IMG/VR virus record: IMGVR_UViG_3300029305_006500
DNA length: 64,000 nucleotides
Direction: 5' to 3' (one strand)
DNA from: a virus
Lineage: Duplodnaviria > Caudoviricetes
Part shown: one piece after another, positions 53,885 through 64,000 of the stretch
How the letters are laid out: each line of letters begins with the position of its first letter
How positions within the stretch are numbered: the first letter of the stretch is position 1
Notes under the pieces: generated by a model
Databases searched by the model: none
Told to the model about the DNA's origin: nothing
Seen by the model: only the letters and a program-made list of their open reading frames with translations
Program-made: the position numbers and the translations under genes

Positions 53885-54274
53885 ATGAACACTACTCAAA
53901 ATAATATTATAGTAATTACTCGTGGTGACAGCTTAGAGTTCAAGCTTGCTCCTATGACACTAGGAGAATATCTAAAATATGAGCTTAAAGGCGATGATAC
54001 TTTATACTTTGGACTTATGGACCCCGGACAACCTTTTGAGGAGGCACTTGTACGTAAAGTTTATACAGTAGACGACTTTGCAACTATAGAAGACTTTGTG
54101 CTTGAGCTTGACCCAGAAGATACTTTAGACTTGATTCCAGGAAAATATTTTTATGCTTTAAAGCTTCATATAGACCACACTGAAGCAGGTACACCTGAAA
54201 CTAATTATTTGCCCACTGAAATAGATAAGGTAATAACCTTAGTTAATAAGACAAAATTTATTATAAATGATTAA
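53885..54274 (+). CDS. BppU N-terminal-like baseplate protein
   Basis: IVITRGDS...LDPEDTLDLIPGKYFYALKL. Confidence 0.65.
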   Translation: MNTTQNNIIVITRGDSLEFKLAPMTLGEYLKYELKGDDTLYFGLMDPGQPFEEALVRKVYTVDDFATIEDFVLELDPEDTLDLIPGKYFYALKLHIDHTEAGTPETNYLPTEIDKVITLVNKTKFIIND

Positions 54275-54288
54275 TATTAGGAGGATTT

Positions 54289-56244
54289 ATGGCAACAGGA
54301 ACAACAAATCCTATGACCTACCAAAATGGTATTACAACGGTTGCAGATCATACCCACAGCGTGGATGAAATTACCGGTTTAGCTAGCCAATTAGATAAAA
54401 TACAAGCAACTGAGTCTTTGTTAGGTCAAGTTGAACGACTACTTGCTACTTGTGATAACTTATTATCCGCTAGCGGTTATGCAACTAAAGAAGAAGTAAT
54501 TTTAATTGAACAATATACTGCAGATATACAAAATATACAAGCTCAGCTTGATTCCATTCTCAAAGAAGATGTTGAAGATGGGCTTAATAGTTTAAAAGAG
54601 AATCAAGTAACTTTACAGGCTGCAGTTGCTGAGTTACAATTAAAAATAAATACTGCCTATGATGCTGCAAATGCAGTTATGGAGCTTTATAAGGTAGCAG
54701 AAGGAAATACTGCTGGGGAGCTTCAAAAGCTAAATGAGGCTATCGTTGAAATAAAAAAGATAATTGATGGCGATGGTACTGAAGAATTTCCTGGTTTAAT
54801 TCCTAATGATACGCTTAATGCAGAAAATCTAGCTAAGATAGATGAAAGGCTTGTTACTGCTGAAGCAGATATTCTAAATTTAAAAGGTGCAGATACCGAA
54901 CAGGCAAGTTTACTTGTGCAATTAGACACAGTAGTAAAACAATATCTACCTTCTGAGGAAAATGGTGAAGGTGAAATAAAACAAACTACAGACCTTCTTC
55001 AGAGTACAATCCCTACAGAATTGGTCATTAACAGAGTGGATGCGGTCGATGAGCCTACAGCACCTGTCTCCGAGGAGCCTTCTGGCGAAGATCCAGTAGA
55101 GGAAATTAACACTGACACCTACTTGGATTATACTTTAACTTTTAATAATAACGAAGGTGAGCAAAAATTTTCAGCAAACTTAGATTTAACTTCCGATATT
55201 AATAGTTATTTAGCGTATGTATTTGCACAATTTGTTAGTCAGCATAATACTTTTACACCCACTGAGACTGGATTGAATTCAAGATTGGCCTTTGTAGAAG
55301 GTCGTCTAAGTAATTTAACGCAGTATGTGGCACACATGGCAAATTATCATAATTTTATCATAAAAGATATTTATTTTTATTTTGCAAATGATGTAGACGG
55401 AACGGATCCTACCGCTTTGAAATATTTGCCTATACCAACAGACCCTACCCCTGATGAAGACTTAGATGTTCAGGCAAGTTTCGTTAATATTATTCCTAAT
55501 TTCCCAGATTCTGCTAGAATGGATAATAAAATTTATAGCCCAGCAGAACTAGTAAATAAGAATTTTTATGTTATTTTTGAAACTTCTTATCCAATTGATC
55601 TATCTGACGGTAAAGTAAGTTTGGGTTTCCCAGACTTCCAAGAAAATAGTGTAATATATACTGCACCAAATGGCCACTTTAGATGTGCTAGATTGGGTAT
55701 TCCCGACTTATCTCATGCTACTTATGTTTTATATGCAGATATTAATAATGAAACCAAGAAACTAACACCATTCACTTTTGGAACCGGTACTTTTGGCAAC
55801 AACTTTACAACAGAAGGAACATATGAATTTATGCTCAAAGTAACAGACCCCTATAATCCTAATACAACAGCTTTAAAAACAAAGCAAATAACAATTGGAT
55901 ATCCGATATATCGTGGAATTTATGCAGAAACTACCTTGCCGGTAGAAGGACTAAGCCTAGATACTTTTAGTTTACAACACACAGAGTTAAATTCTCCTGC
56001 TACTACTATTGACTGGGCTGACTATAATGTAGATGATATCGCTAAGTATTATTACTATTTAGTACCTAGTATTCTACTACCAACAGGCAGCACCTTGGTC
56101 TTTAATACTGGCTATGGACCAGGCGGCTGGGAAACAGAAAATCCTCAAATAATAAAAATTAATAATATAGATTACACAGTATTCCGTACTTCTTATAAGA
56201 TAACTTATTGCCCAAGTACTATGGTTACTGTAAAAAGCGTTTAA
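54289..56244 (+). CDS. Virion fibre-like protein
   Basis: HTHSVDEITGL fibre motif, acidic coiled coil, beta-rich C-terminus. Confidence 0.65.
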   Translation: MATGTTNPMTYQNGITTVADHTHSVDEITGLASQLDKIQATESLLGQVERLLATCDNLLSASGYATKEEVILIEQYTADIQNIQAQLDSILKEDVEDGLNSLKENQVTLQAAVAELQLKINTAYDAANAVMELYKVAEGNTAGELQKLNEAIVEIKKIIDGDGTEEFPGLIPNDTLNAENLAKIDERLVTAEADILNLKGADTEQASLLVQLDTVVKQYLPSEENGEGEIKQTTDLLQSTIPTELVINRVDAVDEPTAPVSEEPSGEDPVEEINTDTYLDYTLTFNNNEGEQKFSANLDLTSDINSYLAYVFAQFVSQHNTFTPTETGLNSRLAFVEGRLSNLTQYVAHMANYHNFIIKDIYFYFANDVDGTDPTALKYLPIPTDPTPDEDLDVQASFVNIIPNFPDSARMDNKIYSPAELVNKNFYVIFETSYPIDLSDGKVSLGFPDFQENSVIYTAPNGHFRCARLGIPDLSHATYVLYADINNETKKLTPFTFGTGTFGNNFTTEGTYEFMLKVTDPYNPNTTALKTKQITIGYPIYRGIYAETTLPVEGLSLDTFSLQHTELNSPATTIDWADYNVDDIAKYYYYLVPSILLPTGSTLVFNTGYGPGGWETENPQIIKINNIDYTVFRTSYKITYCPSTMVTVKSV

Positions 56245-56258
56245 GGAGGAATTAATAA

Positions 56259-57767
56259 ATGTCAACAATAAAAGTAATTGCTCCGCTATCACCCGCAGGT
56301 GAGTTTCCGATAGCAGATGCGAATAATATTAGCTTGGGCTCTGGTGGCAATACACCAAAGTCCGGCTCTGTTGCTGCAGCGGTATCGGAGCTGCAGCAGG
56401 AACTAGGAATTACCGCTGGTGTAGAAGGGTCAGTCTCCGCTAAATTAGATTATGTTAAAGATAATTTAGATTCAAAGACCTCAACTACTGAGATTACCGA
56501 TACAATTAATGAGGCGCTTACTGAACTTAAGAGTCTTTTAGGAAATACTACAGATAACCCAAGTCTTTTTACTGCGCTTAAAGATCTTGCTGATGATCTG
56601 AATACGTTACAAGAATATATTGGCAGAGACACCACAGAGGGATTAACAAAAGTTTTAGATACTATCTATACTAGAACAGGTACACTTGTAGAATGTTTGG
56701 GTGACACCGATGAAGGTATTATTGGATACATTAATGCTATGGTTTCAAGTATTGACAGTCTCCTAACAAAATTTGAAAGCTCTATAAGTAGTACGAATGC
56801 AAATTTTAGCTCATTAACTGAGAATCTTTTAAACAAATTCGGTAGCTTTGAAAGTGCCGTGAATGAAAGTCTTGACTCCTTAACTAATACAGTCTCAGAT
56901 ATAGTTGAAGATAATGAAGGTGTGTTATTAGCAGCTTTGGGAGTATCAGGAGACGAAAATGTTAAAGGTTTAATAGACAATCTTACGGGTAAGGTGGATA
57001 CTTTAACTGATTCTGTGGGAACAGATGTAAGCAGCGCAGTAGGAACTATTAATGCAAATCTTGGTACCTATGACGAAGGTAAAAATGTTAAGACAACTAT
57101 CGAGGACGAAAGCAATAGCATTAAAGAAGCTCTGTCAGATTTGAGATCTCATATGAATACTATGCTACCTCCTACATTAGACGTAGAGCATAGTGGTGGC
57201 GATTCCGTGTATCAATATAACCTAGCTCTGGACTTGACGATCACAGCAAAGGTAAATCGTCCCCTTGAAGATCCATTGGCACTTTATATTAATGGCACTC
57301 CAATTGAGTATGATGAGCACTATGGCTTCAACGGCAGCACTTATCGTGCTTCATGGCAAGTGACATGCCCAGATAAAACCGCTTTGCCTTATAAAGCGCA
57401 AGCTACAGTTCAGATAGTCAATAAAAATGATTCCAGACTGGTTTATAATGAAAAGGTAGTAAACTGTACCTTTGGTGCTATGATTTATACTTGGGTAGGA
57501 ACTAAAAACAATATTATTCCAGGAACAGGTAGTCAGACCCAAAATAAGCTGTCTGCGGGTCATCCAGGTAATATAAGCTTTATTTGCACAGACCAGTATT
57601 GCTATTATGCCTGCCCTGTAAGTTATGGTGAGCCTACTTTTTCTGTAGGTGGCCAGGTTGGTGGTTTTACTCGGCTAACTGAAACACAAATGATTGGAGA
57701 ACTGTCGTATAATATATATAGATCAAACCAAGCACAACTTAATAGTGTTACGGTTAATATTAAGTAA
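56259..57767 (+). CDS. Virion fibre-like protein
   Basis: Coiled coil; C-terminal YCYYACP..YG...VGGF...YNIYRS domain similar to the previous gene. Confidence 0.65.
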   Translation: MSTIKVIAPLSPAGEFPIADANNISLGSGGNTPKSGSVAAAVSELQQELGITAGVEGSVSAKLDYVKDNLDSKTSTTEITDTINEALTELKSLLGNTTDNPSLFTALKDLADDLNTLQEYIGRDTTEGLTKVLDTIYTRTGTLVECLGDTDEGIIGYINAMVSSIDSLLTKFESSISSTNANFSSLTENLLNKFGSFESAVNESLDSLTNTVSDIVEDNEGVLLAALGVSGDENVKGLIDNLTGKVDTLTDSVGTDVSSAVGTINANLGTYDEGKNVKTTIEDESNSIKEALSDLRSHMNTMLPPTLDVEHSGGDSVYQYNLALDLTITAKVNRPLEDPLALYINGTPIEYDEHYGFNGSTYRASWQVTCPDKTALPYKAQATVQIVNKNDSRLVYNEKVVNCTFGAMIYTWVGTKNNIIPGTGSQTQNKLSAGHPGNISFICTDQYCYYACPVSYGEPTFSVGGQVGGFTRLTETQMIGELSYNIYRSNQAQLNSVTVNIK

Positions 57768-57781
57768 AGGAGAAATATAAG

Positions 57782-60700
57782 ATGCCAATTAAATTTATTG
57801 ATTCACTTGAGCCTAATGGCCATTTTGCCTTAGTAAAGTCAGAATCTGTTGGCTATTCGACCACGTACATAAACGAGACTGGTACTTTAGCACAAATTAC
57901 TAATACAAAAGATGCCCTAGATGTTTTGTATAGCCGTGTAATGGCCGAACCAGTTTTAAAGTATTTTCAAACTGATGATGATGAAAGCGAGCCAGGTTTA
58001 CAAACGATGGCGGTCGAATTTGGCGCAAGTATGGGCTTACCTGTATATGTGCAGACACCCTCTTTAGGAAACTGGACTTTTACAGTCTATAGAAGACTTC
58101 ATGGTAGTGGAGACGAATATAAGTTCTATAAAGTATTTTCATTACCTAAAGGTACCACATACATTCCATTAGGTACTTGCACAGAATACGCAGACTATGA
58201 CTATAAGTTAGAAATAGTAGATGGGGCCGGTAAAACCGCATATACTCCTTGGTTTGAAGTAGGAAGTACAACTGTTAAGAAGGCTAGTTTGGAATATAGA
58301 ATCTATTGTAGTAGCTTATCTTATACACTTAGTCCTACGAATAGTCAGTTAGAGGAAATTTATACTCTCTCTAATTTTAACTTAACAAATGTAGCTATTA
58401 GCTATAAAGCAGGTATGTCTGGCTATGGAAAGCTATTCTATAAGCTTTATGCACCTGGTGCCACTCTTCCATCAGCTCTAAGTTTAGATGATTTAAGGAA
58501 CTGCGACAGTATTACATTAAATAATGATGAACTGATAAACGTAAATAAACTAGTTCGTACTGAAGTTACTTTTAATATACCAGAAGATACCAATGCGGGT
58601 ACTAGTACTTTGGTTTCTTGTTTTGTTGTTTCTAGTAGCGCAGAAACCTTTGCAGAAGGCGAAACTTTTATATCTGCGTTGCAAACTATGTCATTAGATA
58701 GACTAGCTGCTAATGCTACTTCAGTTTCCGCTTTAACTTCTTTTGCAGCAGATGTTTCAACTTCAGATTCTTCTGGTCTTGACCTGTTGCTTAAAACAAC
58801 TTTGGCTAACCTAAAATATACTGATACTGTAAAACTAACTGGTAAAATATATTATGAATGTTCTGCAAACGCAGATTGCTACTATTCGTGGAGCTCTAAT
58901 AAAATAAATAATGTAATGGAGAACCCGGATGACATTGCACTGAAGTGTATGACAAATAAAACTTGGGAGAAAATTTGTACCCCAAATAGAGGTTCTGTTC
59001 GTTGGAATATTGCTAGAATAAACTTTCCAGAGGATATAGCTGAAACACAAACACTACTTAATTGTTACTTAAGTGTAGAAGCAACTTCTGTATCTACATT
59101 GCCTACAGACATAGTCCCAGCACCTACGTTTTTTAATTATTTAACTACATTTAGGTTAAATAAACAAGAAGGTATTAGTGGCTATATTACTGAAAACTTA
59201 GTATTTAACTTTAATACACTTGATTCAAACTCAAATTACAATGCGACAGACTCAAATATAACAGGAACCACTATCGCGGCACAAACGTGTTATATAAATG
59301 GAGCTGCTAATAATATTGGCTTAAAGTTATATGGTACAACTCAAGGAGCTAGTGGTATAGTAGAAGGTACCGAGGGCAGTGATACTGCACCACGTTTACG
59401 TTTGACTCGAGGAAGTTACGCAATGCTATATAAACGAGGCAGCGGAACTGTACCTCAACCTTTTTCTCCGTGGTCTATCTTAGCCTCAGCAAATACTACT
59501 CAGAAAAGATTTACCTTAGAAGCTTACTTAAAAGTATCTGATTTAGGAGATACCGCTAATAGAGCTCTGACTTTAATTAATGATAAGAGCAGAACGTCTT
59601 CTGATGGTATTAGTATTAGTGCTAATGACATATATGCAAACCTTCAGGGTTATCCTAATAAGGCATACCTCCGCCCAGATGTTTGGCAGCATGTTGTGGT
59701 TGTTGTGGATTCACAAGAGGCCACCGCAAATGCAAAAGAACTAAATCCTTATCCTACTTTGCGTATTTATATAGATGGCGTGTTATCTAAAATTTCACGT
59801 TTTGATGCTAATGCAAGTTCTTTACTTTCTAATATAAGTTCAATGCCACCCCTTGTATTGAACGGTGCTGTCAATACAACACAAACAGTAGACTACAATT
59901 CTTCTAACACTTCAATTGATAGCTTACCAATTTCTGGAGACGGTGACTGTGAATTTAAAGTTATTCGTATCTATGATACTGCTTTAAGCGCTAGTGAAGT
60001 ATTCCAAAACTTCTTAGATACCAGAGAAGGTAAGGAAGTTATTGACGCTGTTACTGAACGTAATGGAGACGGTTTAACTAAAATATATTTTGTTGCTAAC
60101 AACACTCTTCCCTCTCAGGATGCTTTAAACTATGTAACAAACAGCGACCAGTATGAAGAAAGTCTTGTTGATAGAGCAAAACAAGATTTAGCTCGTTGGG
60201 CTGACTATAATGCTCCAAAAAAAGCTACAAAAAAATTAAATCCAACTACTTTCGAAAAACTTAATCAGTTAACTGTCAAAGATACAATAGAAAATGAAAA
60301 CGGTCAAGTAGTACACGGCTCTAAGACTTCATTAGTAAACTGTTCAGTATTTGTGAAAAAAGATGGAGTGGTAACTTTATATCACGATGATGTAGATGTG
60401 TATTTGCAGGGAACTTCTTCTCTAGCATATCCAGTTAAAAACTATCAGATTAAAATTAATCAACTAATCTTAGACCCAAATACTCAAAATTACTCTAGAA
60501 GTAAATTGGCAGACTTACCTCCGCTACAAGACGCGTCAACTGGATGGTATACTCCTAGTTCCGTATATACTCTAAAGTGTGACTTTATGGAGCATTCTCA
60601 TAGAAATAATACTCCTACGGCTTGTTACTATCAAGATACCGTTCTTGATGGTGTTATTAAAGCTCTTCACGGCAGTCAGTCTAATTGTTTAGATTATTAT

Positions 60701-63700
60701 AGCCCTGCACGTAGTATAGTAGCACAGGTAACTGTTGGAGACGATTTGAAAGATATTAAGCCTTACCGAGATGCTATTGATGGTTTCCCTTGTGTAGTTT
60801 ACTTTACTGATGAGTTTAGAGATCCTTCAAACGAATCTGACGATTCTGCTTATACTTACGCTGGAACCTATATGTTTAACGTAGATAAGGTTGGAGATCA
60901 GCTAGGATTTGATTTGTCCGCAGAAGAAATTAACGCAGAGAAATCCGGTTTTACTGCTGCAGATAAAGCCTTAGCGTCTACAGAAGGAGAAATTGCTTGT
61001 GTTTCTTATGAAGGTGCTGCTAATGACGACGAGTCCGCTGCTGCCTTTTTACCTTTCCGAATCAAGTTCGCTTCACAAATATCAGAATTTATTTCTGCTT
61101 TAAAAGAGGGTACCTTAAAGCTTTCTGATCATTTTAGAGTCTCAGCTGAGAAAGTTACTTTTGTATATACTTCTGGTGGCAAAGAAAAAACAGAAGACAT
61201 ATTACATAATGGCTTTAATCCCGAAAGCTATAGAGCACAAGATGGTAAGCTTTTCTATAATGATGCTGAGATCGACGATGAAGATATAATAAAACAGCTT
61301 GAAAACGGTGAGCTAATTTTATTATTCTATAATATAGCAGATAAGACTTGGGAAGATCCTAAAAGTATTTATACTTATATTGAAGAAACCTTGGAACCAA
61401 GAGAAACTACTTATGAAGACGAAGAAGTTTCAAATATTTATGGCCCTATGATTAGTGCTATAGATTGGTTATATGCTAATAAAGATAATGAAGATACTTT
61501 TAGAGCTGATTTTAGCAAGCACTTCAGCTATGAGTATTGCATGGCATATTATTTGCAAATGCTTTTATTTGCACAGGTCGACAATGCAGGTAAAAATGCT
61601 ATGTTTGACATCTGGGGAAATAATTTAAATCCTAGTGCAAACAGTAAATTTGGTAAACTTTATCCACGTCCTTATGATATGGATACTCAGATGGGTCTTA
61701 ATAACTCCGGTGCAGATGTTATTGAAGCTTTTGCGGAACTAAACCCAAAACTATCCCCTGTAAGCTGTACTGGTACTAAGATTGGCTTGAATTCACAAAG
61801 TTATATCAATAACTGGCTAGCAGTAACAGGCAATAATAGTCATGACCGTTATAAGACTTATAATACTTCTGAATCTAATCTTTGGAAAACTTTTGGTTTA
61901 TATTTCAAAGAAGAAATTGCTCAAGTATATGAATACCTACGTAACACGGGAATCTATTCTGTAGATCAAATTTGTCAAGCTATTAATGCAAAGACTTGTG
62001 ATAAAATTGGAGAGTCTTATTATAATTTTGACGTTTCTTCAAAGTATTTAAGCTATAAGGCAACTAATGAAGAGGTCGCTAAGGATAAGGCTGAAGGAGA
62101 CTTATCTCAAGAAGAGCTTGATAAGATTGAGAATAAAGATGCTGTAGTTTACTATGAAAAGTATCTATTCTGTACAAGCGGCAGCCGTAAAAACAGATAC
62201 CGTACTTTCTTAGACCAACGAATCGCTTTCTTAGACTCCTTCTTTGGTTATAAAACTAATCAAAATAACTTAGAGCTACGTGTTGGTTACGTTAAAGAAG
62301 ATGAAGATTTGTGGCAAGAAATTAATGGAACCAAATTTGTAGGTCTTGGCATTCAAGTATCAAAGCCTCAATATGTTCGTTTTCAAGTTGGTTCCACCGA
62401 AGCACTGTATACTGCATTAGTTTTGCCAGATGAAACCCATGATTTCGGAAATGAGAAAGATATACCTGGAGCATTATTCTGGATTCCAGTTACTTCAGAT
62501 GCTGGAGACAAGGAAGTAATTATTACAGGCGCAGATTGTATTACAACTTTCCATCATCTACAGAATCTAGTACCGACCAAGTGTTTATTAACTTCATGTC
62601 ATAATCTAACTAATTTGGATTTAAGCAACTGTACTAGATTACATACACTACAGTTAAGTTCAACTGCTAAGAAGCTTCAAAAAATTGATGTAACTAATAC
62701 TTCTGCACTATCTTCTGTACAAGGTACTGCACTAAATTTAAGTGGCTGTGAGAATTTAGTTGAACTTATTGCAACCAATTCTAATGTTGATGCTATAGAA
62801 TTGCCTAGTCAATCTAGCTTAAAGCATTTAGCTCTTACAAATGCTAAAAAGCTTACATCCTTAACAATATCTAATAATAGCTTATTGACTAATAAGGAGT
62901 TAGATTTGTCAGGTTGTAGTGCATTAGCTAGCTTTAGTTTAATTAATTGCTCTGGAATTAAAATAAGTGACGCAACTGGTTTTACTCTAGAAAATCTATT
63001 AGCTCTAACAAATCTTGAATACTTAAGATTAGAAGATTGTAACCAAATTACAGTGTTAGATTTGACCAATGCAAATAATTTGGCAACCTTGATATTAAAG
63101 CTACCTGAATTAACTAGTCTAAATTTAGCGGGCCTCTCTTCCACAATCTTTAAGTATGAAGTTGGCACGACTGAATTAGGTTTAAATTTAACTAACTTAC
63201 CTAAATTAGCTACGCTTAACTTAAAGGATGCTGGATTGCCTAATGATGGTACTGAATCTATTTTTGGTGCAGTAGTTTTACCAGTTGATCAACTAAGAAC
63301 ATTGATTCTACAGGCAAGTCTTTTAAATTCTATCTGTGCCAGCGGTAATACACCTAGTTTTGGGGTATATAACTTTGATAAGTTACAGCTAACAAATTTA
63401 AATATTACAAATAATGCGGTAGTAAAGCAAATTCAAAATTTGGGTTACGCGGTAACTACAACATCTTTCTTTAATTCTTGTAGAAACTTGACTGAGATTA
63501 CCCGCACAGATGATAGTTATATATTAACAGTAAAATCAGGTAAGGCCGCATCTTTGTTTCAAGGTTGTGTCAACTTAGAAACATTCCCTACAGATTGGCT
63601 AGTTTTTGAAGCTAATATTGGTAGTGCTGACAACATGTTTTACAATTGTCCTAACATTAGTAGTGATTGCTTACAAAAGACTGCTCAAAAGCTTTGTCAA

Positions 63701-64000
63701 AAGGGTGTAACTAGCTTTTCGACTTTTGCTTATAACTGTGATAAGTTAACCGAGATTCCAGACAAATTCTTCACCGGTGATACTTCTTCTAATATAACTT
63801 CGGTAACTAATGTATCTGACTGCTTTATAGATTGTAATTCTCTAAAAACAGTTGGCAACGCTTTTAGCAAATTTGTAAATTTGGAAAATATTAGTGGTTT
63901 GTTTAGGTATTGTAGAACACTTACCTCAGTTTCGAAGGATATCTTTGCAAACAACCCGAATATTAGCACCGTTGAATTAGCTTTTTATAATTGTGAAGAG
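57782..64000 (+). CDS. Giant LamG + CotH-kinase-like + leucine-rich-repeat protein, 3'-partial (>2070 aa)
   Basis: AAGGAG RBS; same frame at start, middle and window end; WQHVVVV..IYIDG..IRIYD (LamG); QGTSS..YPVKNY, DGFP, GTYMFN, VDNAGKN, PYDMDTQMG (CotH); LRRs from about 62550. Confidence 0.85.
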   Translation, partial: MPIKFIDSLEPNGHFALVKSESVGYSTTYINETGTLAQITNTKDALDVLYSRVMAEPVLKYFQTDDDESEPGLQTMAVEFGASMGLPVYVQTPSLGNWTFTVYRRLHGSGDEYKFYKVFSLPKGTTYIPLGTCTEYADYDYKLEIVDGAGKTAYTPWFEVGSTTVKKASLEYRIYCSSLSYTLSPTNSQLEEIYTLSNFNLTNVAISYKAGMSGYGKLFYKLYAPGATLPSALSLDDLRNCDSITLNNDELINVNKLVRTEVTFNIPEDTNAGTSTLVSCFVVSSSAETFAEGETFISALQTMSLDRLAANATSVSALTSFAADVSTSDSSGLDLLLKTTLANLKYTDTVKLTGKIYYECSANADCYYSWSSNKINNVMENPDDIALKCMTNKTWEKICTPNRGSVRWNIARINFPEDIAETQTLLNCYLSVEATSVSTLPTDIVPAPTFFNYLTTFRLNKQEGISGYITENLVFNFNTLDSNSNYNATDSNITGTTIAAQTCYINGAANNIGLKLYGTTQGASGIVEGTEGSDTAPRLRLTRGSYAMLYKRGSGTVPQPFSPWSILASANTTQKRFTLEAYLKVSDLGDTANRALTLINDKSRTSSDGISISANDIYANLQGYPNKAYLRPDVWQHVVVVVDSQEATANAKELNPYPTLRIYIDGVLSKISRFDANASSLLSNISSMPPLVLNGAVNTTQTVDYNSSNTSIDSLPISGDGDCEFKVIRIYDTALSASEVFQNFLDTREGKEVIDAVTERNGDGLTKIYFVANNTLPSQDALNYVTNSDQYEESLVDRAKQDLARWADYNAPKKATKKLNPTTFEKLNQLTVKDTIENENGQVVHGSKTSLVNCSVFVKKDGVVTLYHDDVDVYLQGTSSLAYPVKNYQIKINQLILDPNTQNYSRSKLADLPPLQDASTGWYTPSSVYTLKCDFMEHSHRNNTPTACYYQDTVLDGVIKALHGSQSNCLDYYSPARSIVAQVTVGDDLKDIKPYRDAIDGFPCVVYFTDEFRDPSNESDDSAYTYAGTYMFNVDKVGDQLGFDLSAEEINAEKSGFTAADKALASTEGEIACVSYEGAANDDESAAAFLPFRIKFASQISEFISALKEGTLKLSDHFRVSAEKVTFVYTSGGKEKTEDILHNGFNPESYRAQDGKLFYNDAEIDDEDIIKQLENGELILLFYNIADKTWEDPKSIYTYIEETLEPRETTYEDEEVSNIYGPMISAIDWLYANKDNEDTFRADFSKHFSYEYCMAYYLQMLLFAQVDNAGKNAMFDIWGNNLNPSANSKFGKLYPRPYDMDTQMGLNNSGADVIEAFAELNPKLSPVSCTGTKIGLNSQSYINNWLAVTGNNSHDRYKTYNTSESNLWKTFGLYFKEEIAQVYEYLRNTGIYSVDQICQAINAKTCDKIGESYYNFDVSSKYLSYKATNEEVAKDKAEGDLSQEELDKIENKDAVVYYEKYLFCTSGSRKNRYRTFLDQRIAFLDSFFGYKTNQNNLELRVGYVKEDEDLWQEINGTKFVGLGIQVSKPQYVRFQVGSTEALYTALVLPDETHDFGNEKDIPGALFWIPVTSDAGDKEVIITGADCITTFHHLQNLVPTKCLLTSCHNLTNLDLSNCTRLHTLQLSSTAKKLQKIDVTNTSALSSVQGTALNLSGCENLVELIATNSNVDAIELPSQSSLKHLALTNAKKLTSLTISNNSLLTNKELDLSGCSALASFSLINCSGIKISDATGFTLENLLALTNLEYLRLEDCNQITVLDLTNANNLATLILKLPELTSLNLAGLSSTIFKYEVGTTELGLNLTNLPKLATLNLKDAGLPNDGTESIFGAVVLPVDQLRTLILQASLLNSICASGNTPSFGVYNFDKLQLTNLNITNNAVVKQIQNLGYAVTTTSFFNSCRNLTEITRTDDSYILTVKSGKAASLFQGCVNLETFPTDWLVFEANIGSADNMFYNCPNISSDCLQKTAQKLCQKGVTSFSTFAYNCDKLTEIPDKFFTGDTSSNITSVTNVSDCFIDCNSLKTVGNAFSKFVNLENISGLFRYCRTLTSVSKDIFANNPNISTVELAFYNCEE

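Noticed and set aside
1-64000. Genome-wide stop-codon reassignment (TAG or TGA)
   Set aside because: Long genes are uninterrupted in code 11, genes end at TAG and TGA at sensible places, and only two local TAG anomalies exist

Overview
64 kb of an AT-rich large (probably jumbo) tailed-phage genome, almost entirely + strand, standard genetic code. The host is most likely a spore-forming Bacillota/Clostridia bacterium (SpoVT/AbrB and HPr homologues, Firmicutes-type tRNAs). Layout: (1) 0.5-34.9 kb, dense accessory operons of small ORFs with nucleotide-metabolism and RNA/tRNA-repair genes (thymidine kinase, 5'-nucleotidase, PurA-like+vWA, RNA ligase, Thg1-like, PNK-HD, YqeY, KH), interrupted by an ncRNA island at 14.8-16.0 kb; (2) 35.0-51.6 kb, an RNA-gene island with about 33 tRNA genes, a group I intron, a GOLLD-like RNA, several other large structured RNAs, many remodelled tRNA-like elements and two free-standing endonuclease genes; (3) 51.7-64 kb, holin-like and virion genes ending in a >2000-aa LamG-CotH-LRR protein that runs off the window. 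Best candidate for an undescribed system: a TROVE-like/TerD protein (32896-34884) with a 7-member family of Y-RNA-like RNAs sharing a fully covarying bulged-U helix plus UAUUUC; two members carry YrlA-style circularly permuted tRNA modules and one sits in the gene's own leader. Also notable: a second 7-copy scaffold RNA family with variable cargo, a complete tRNA-like unit (G1 to CCA) inserted between G34 and U35 of the only tRNA-Asn in the window, and a permuted CCA-ending tRNA inside the GOLLD-like RNA. All calls are by eye; no database searches were run.
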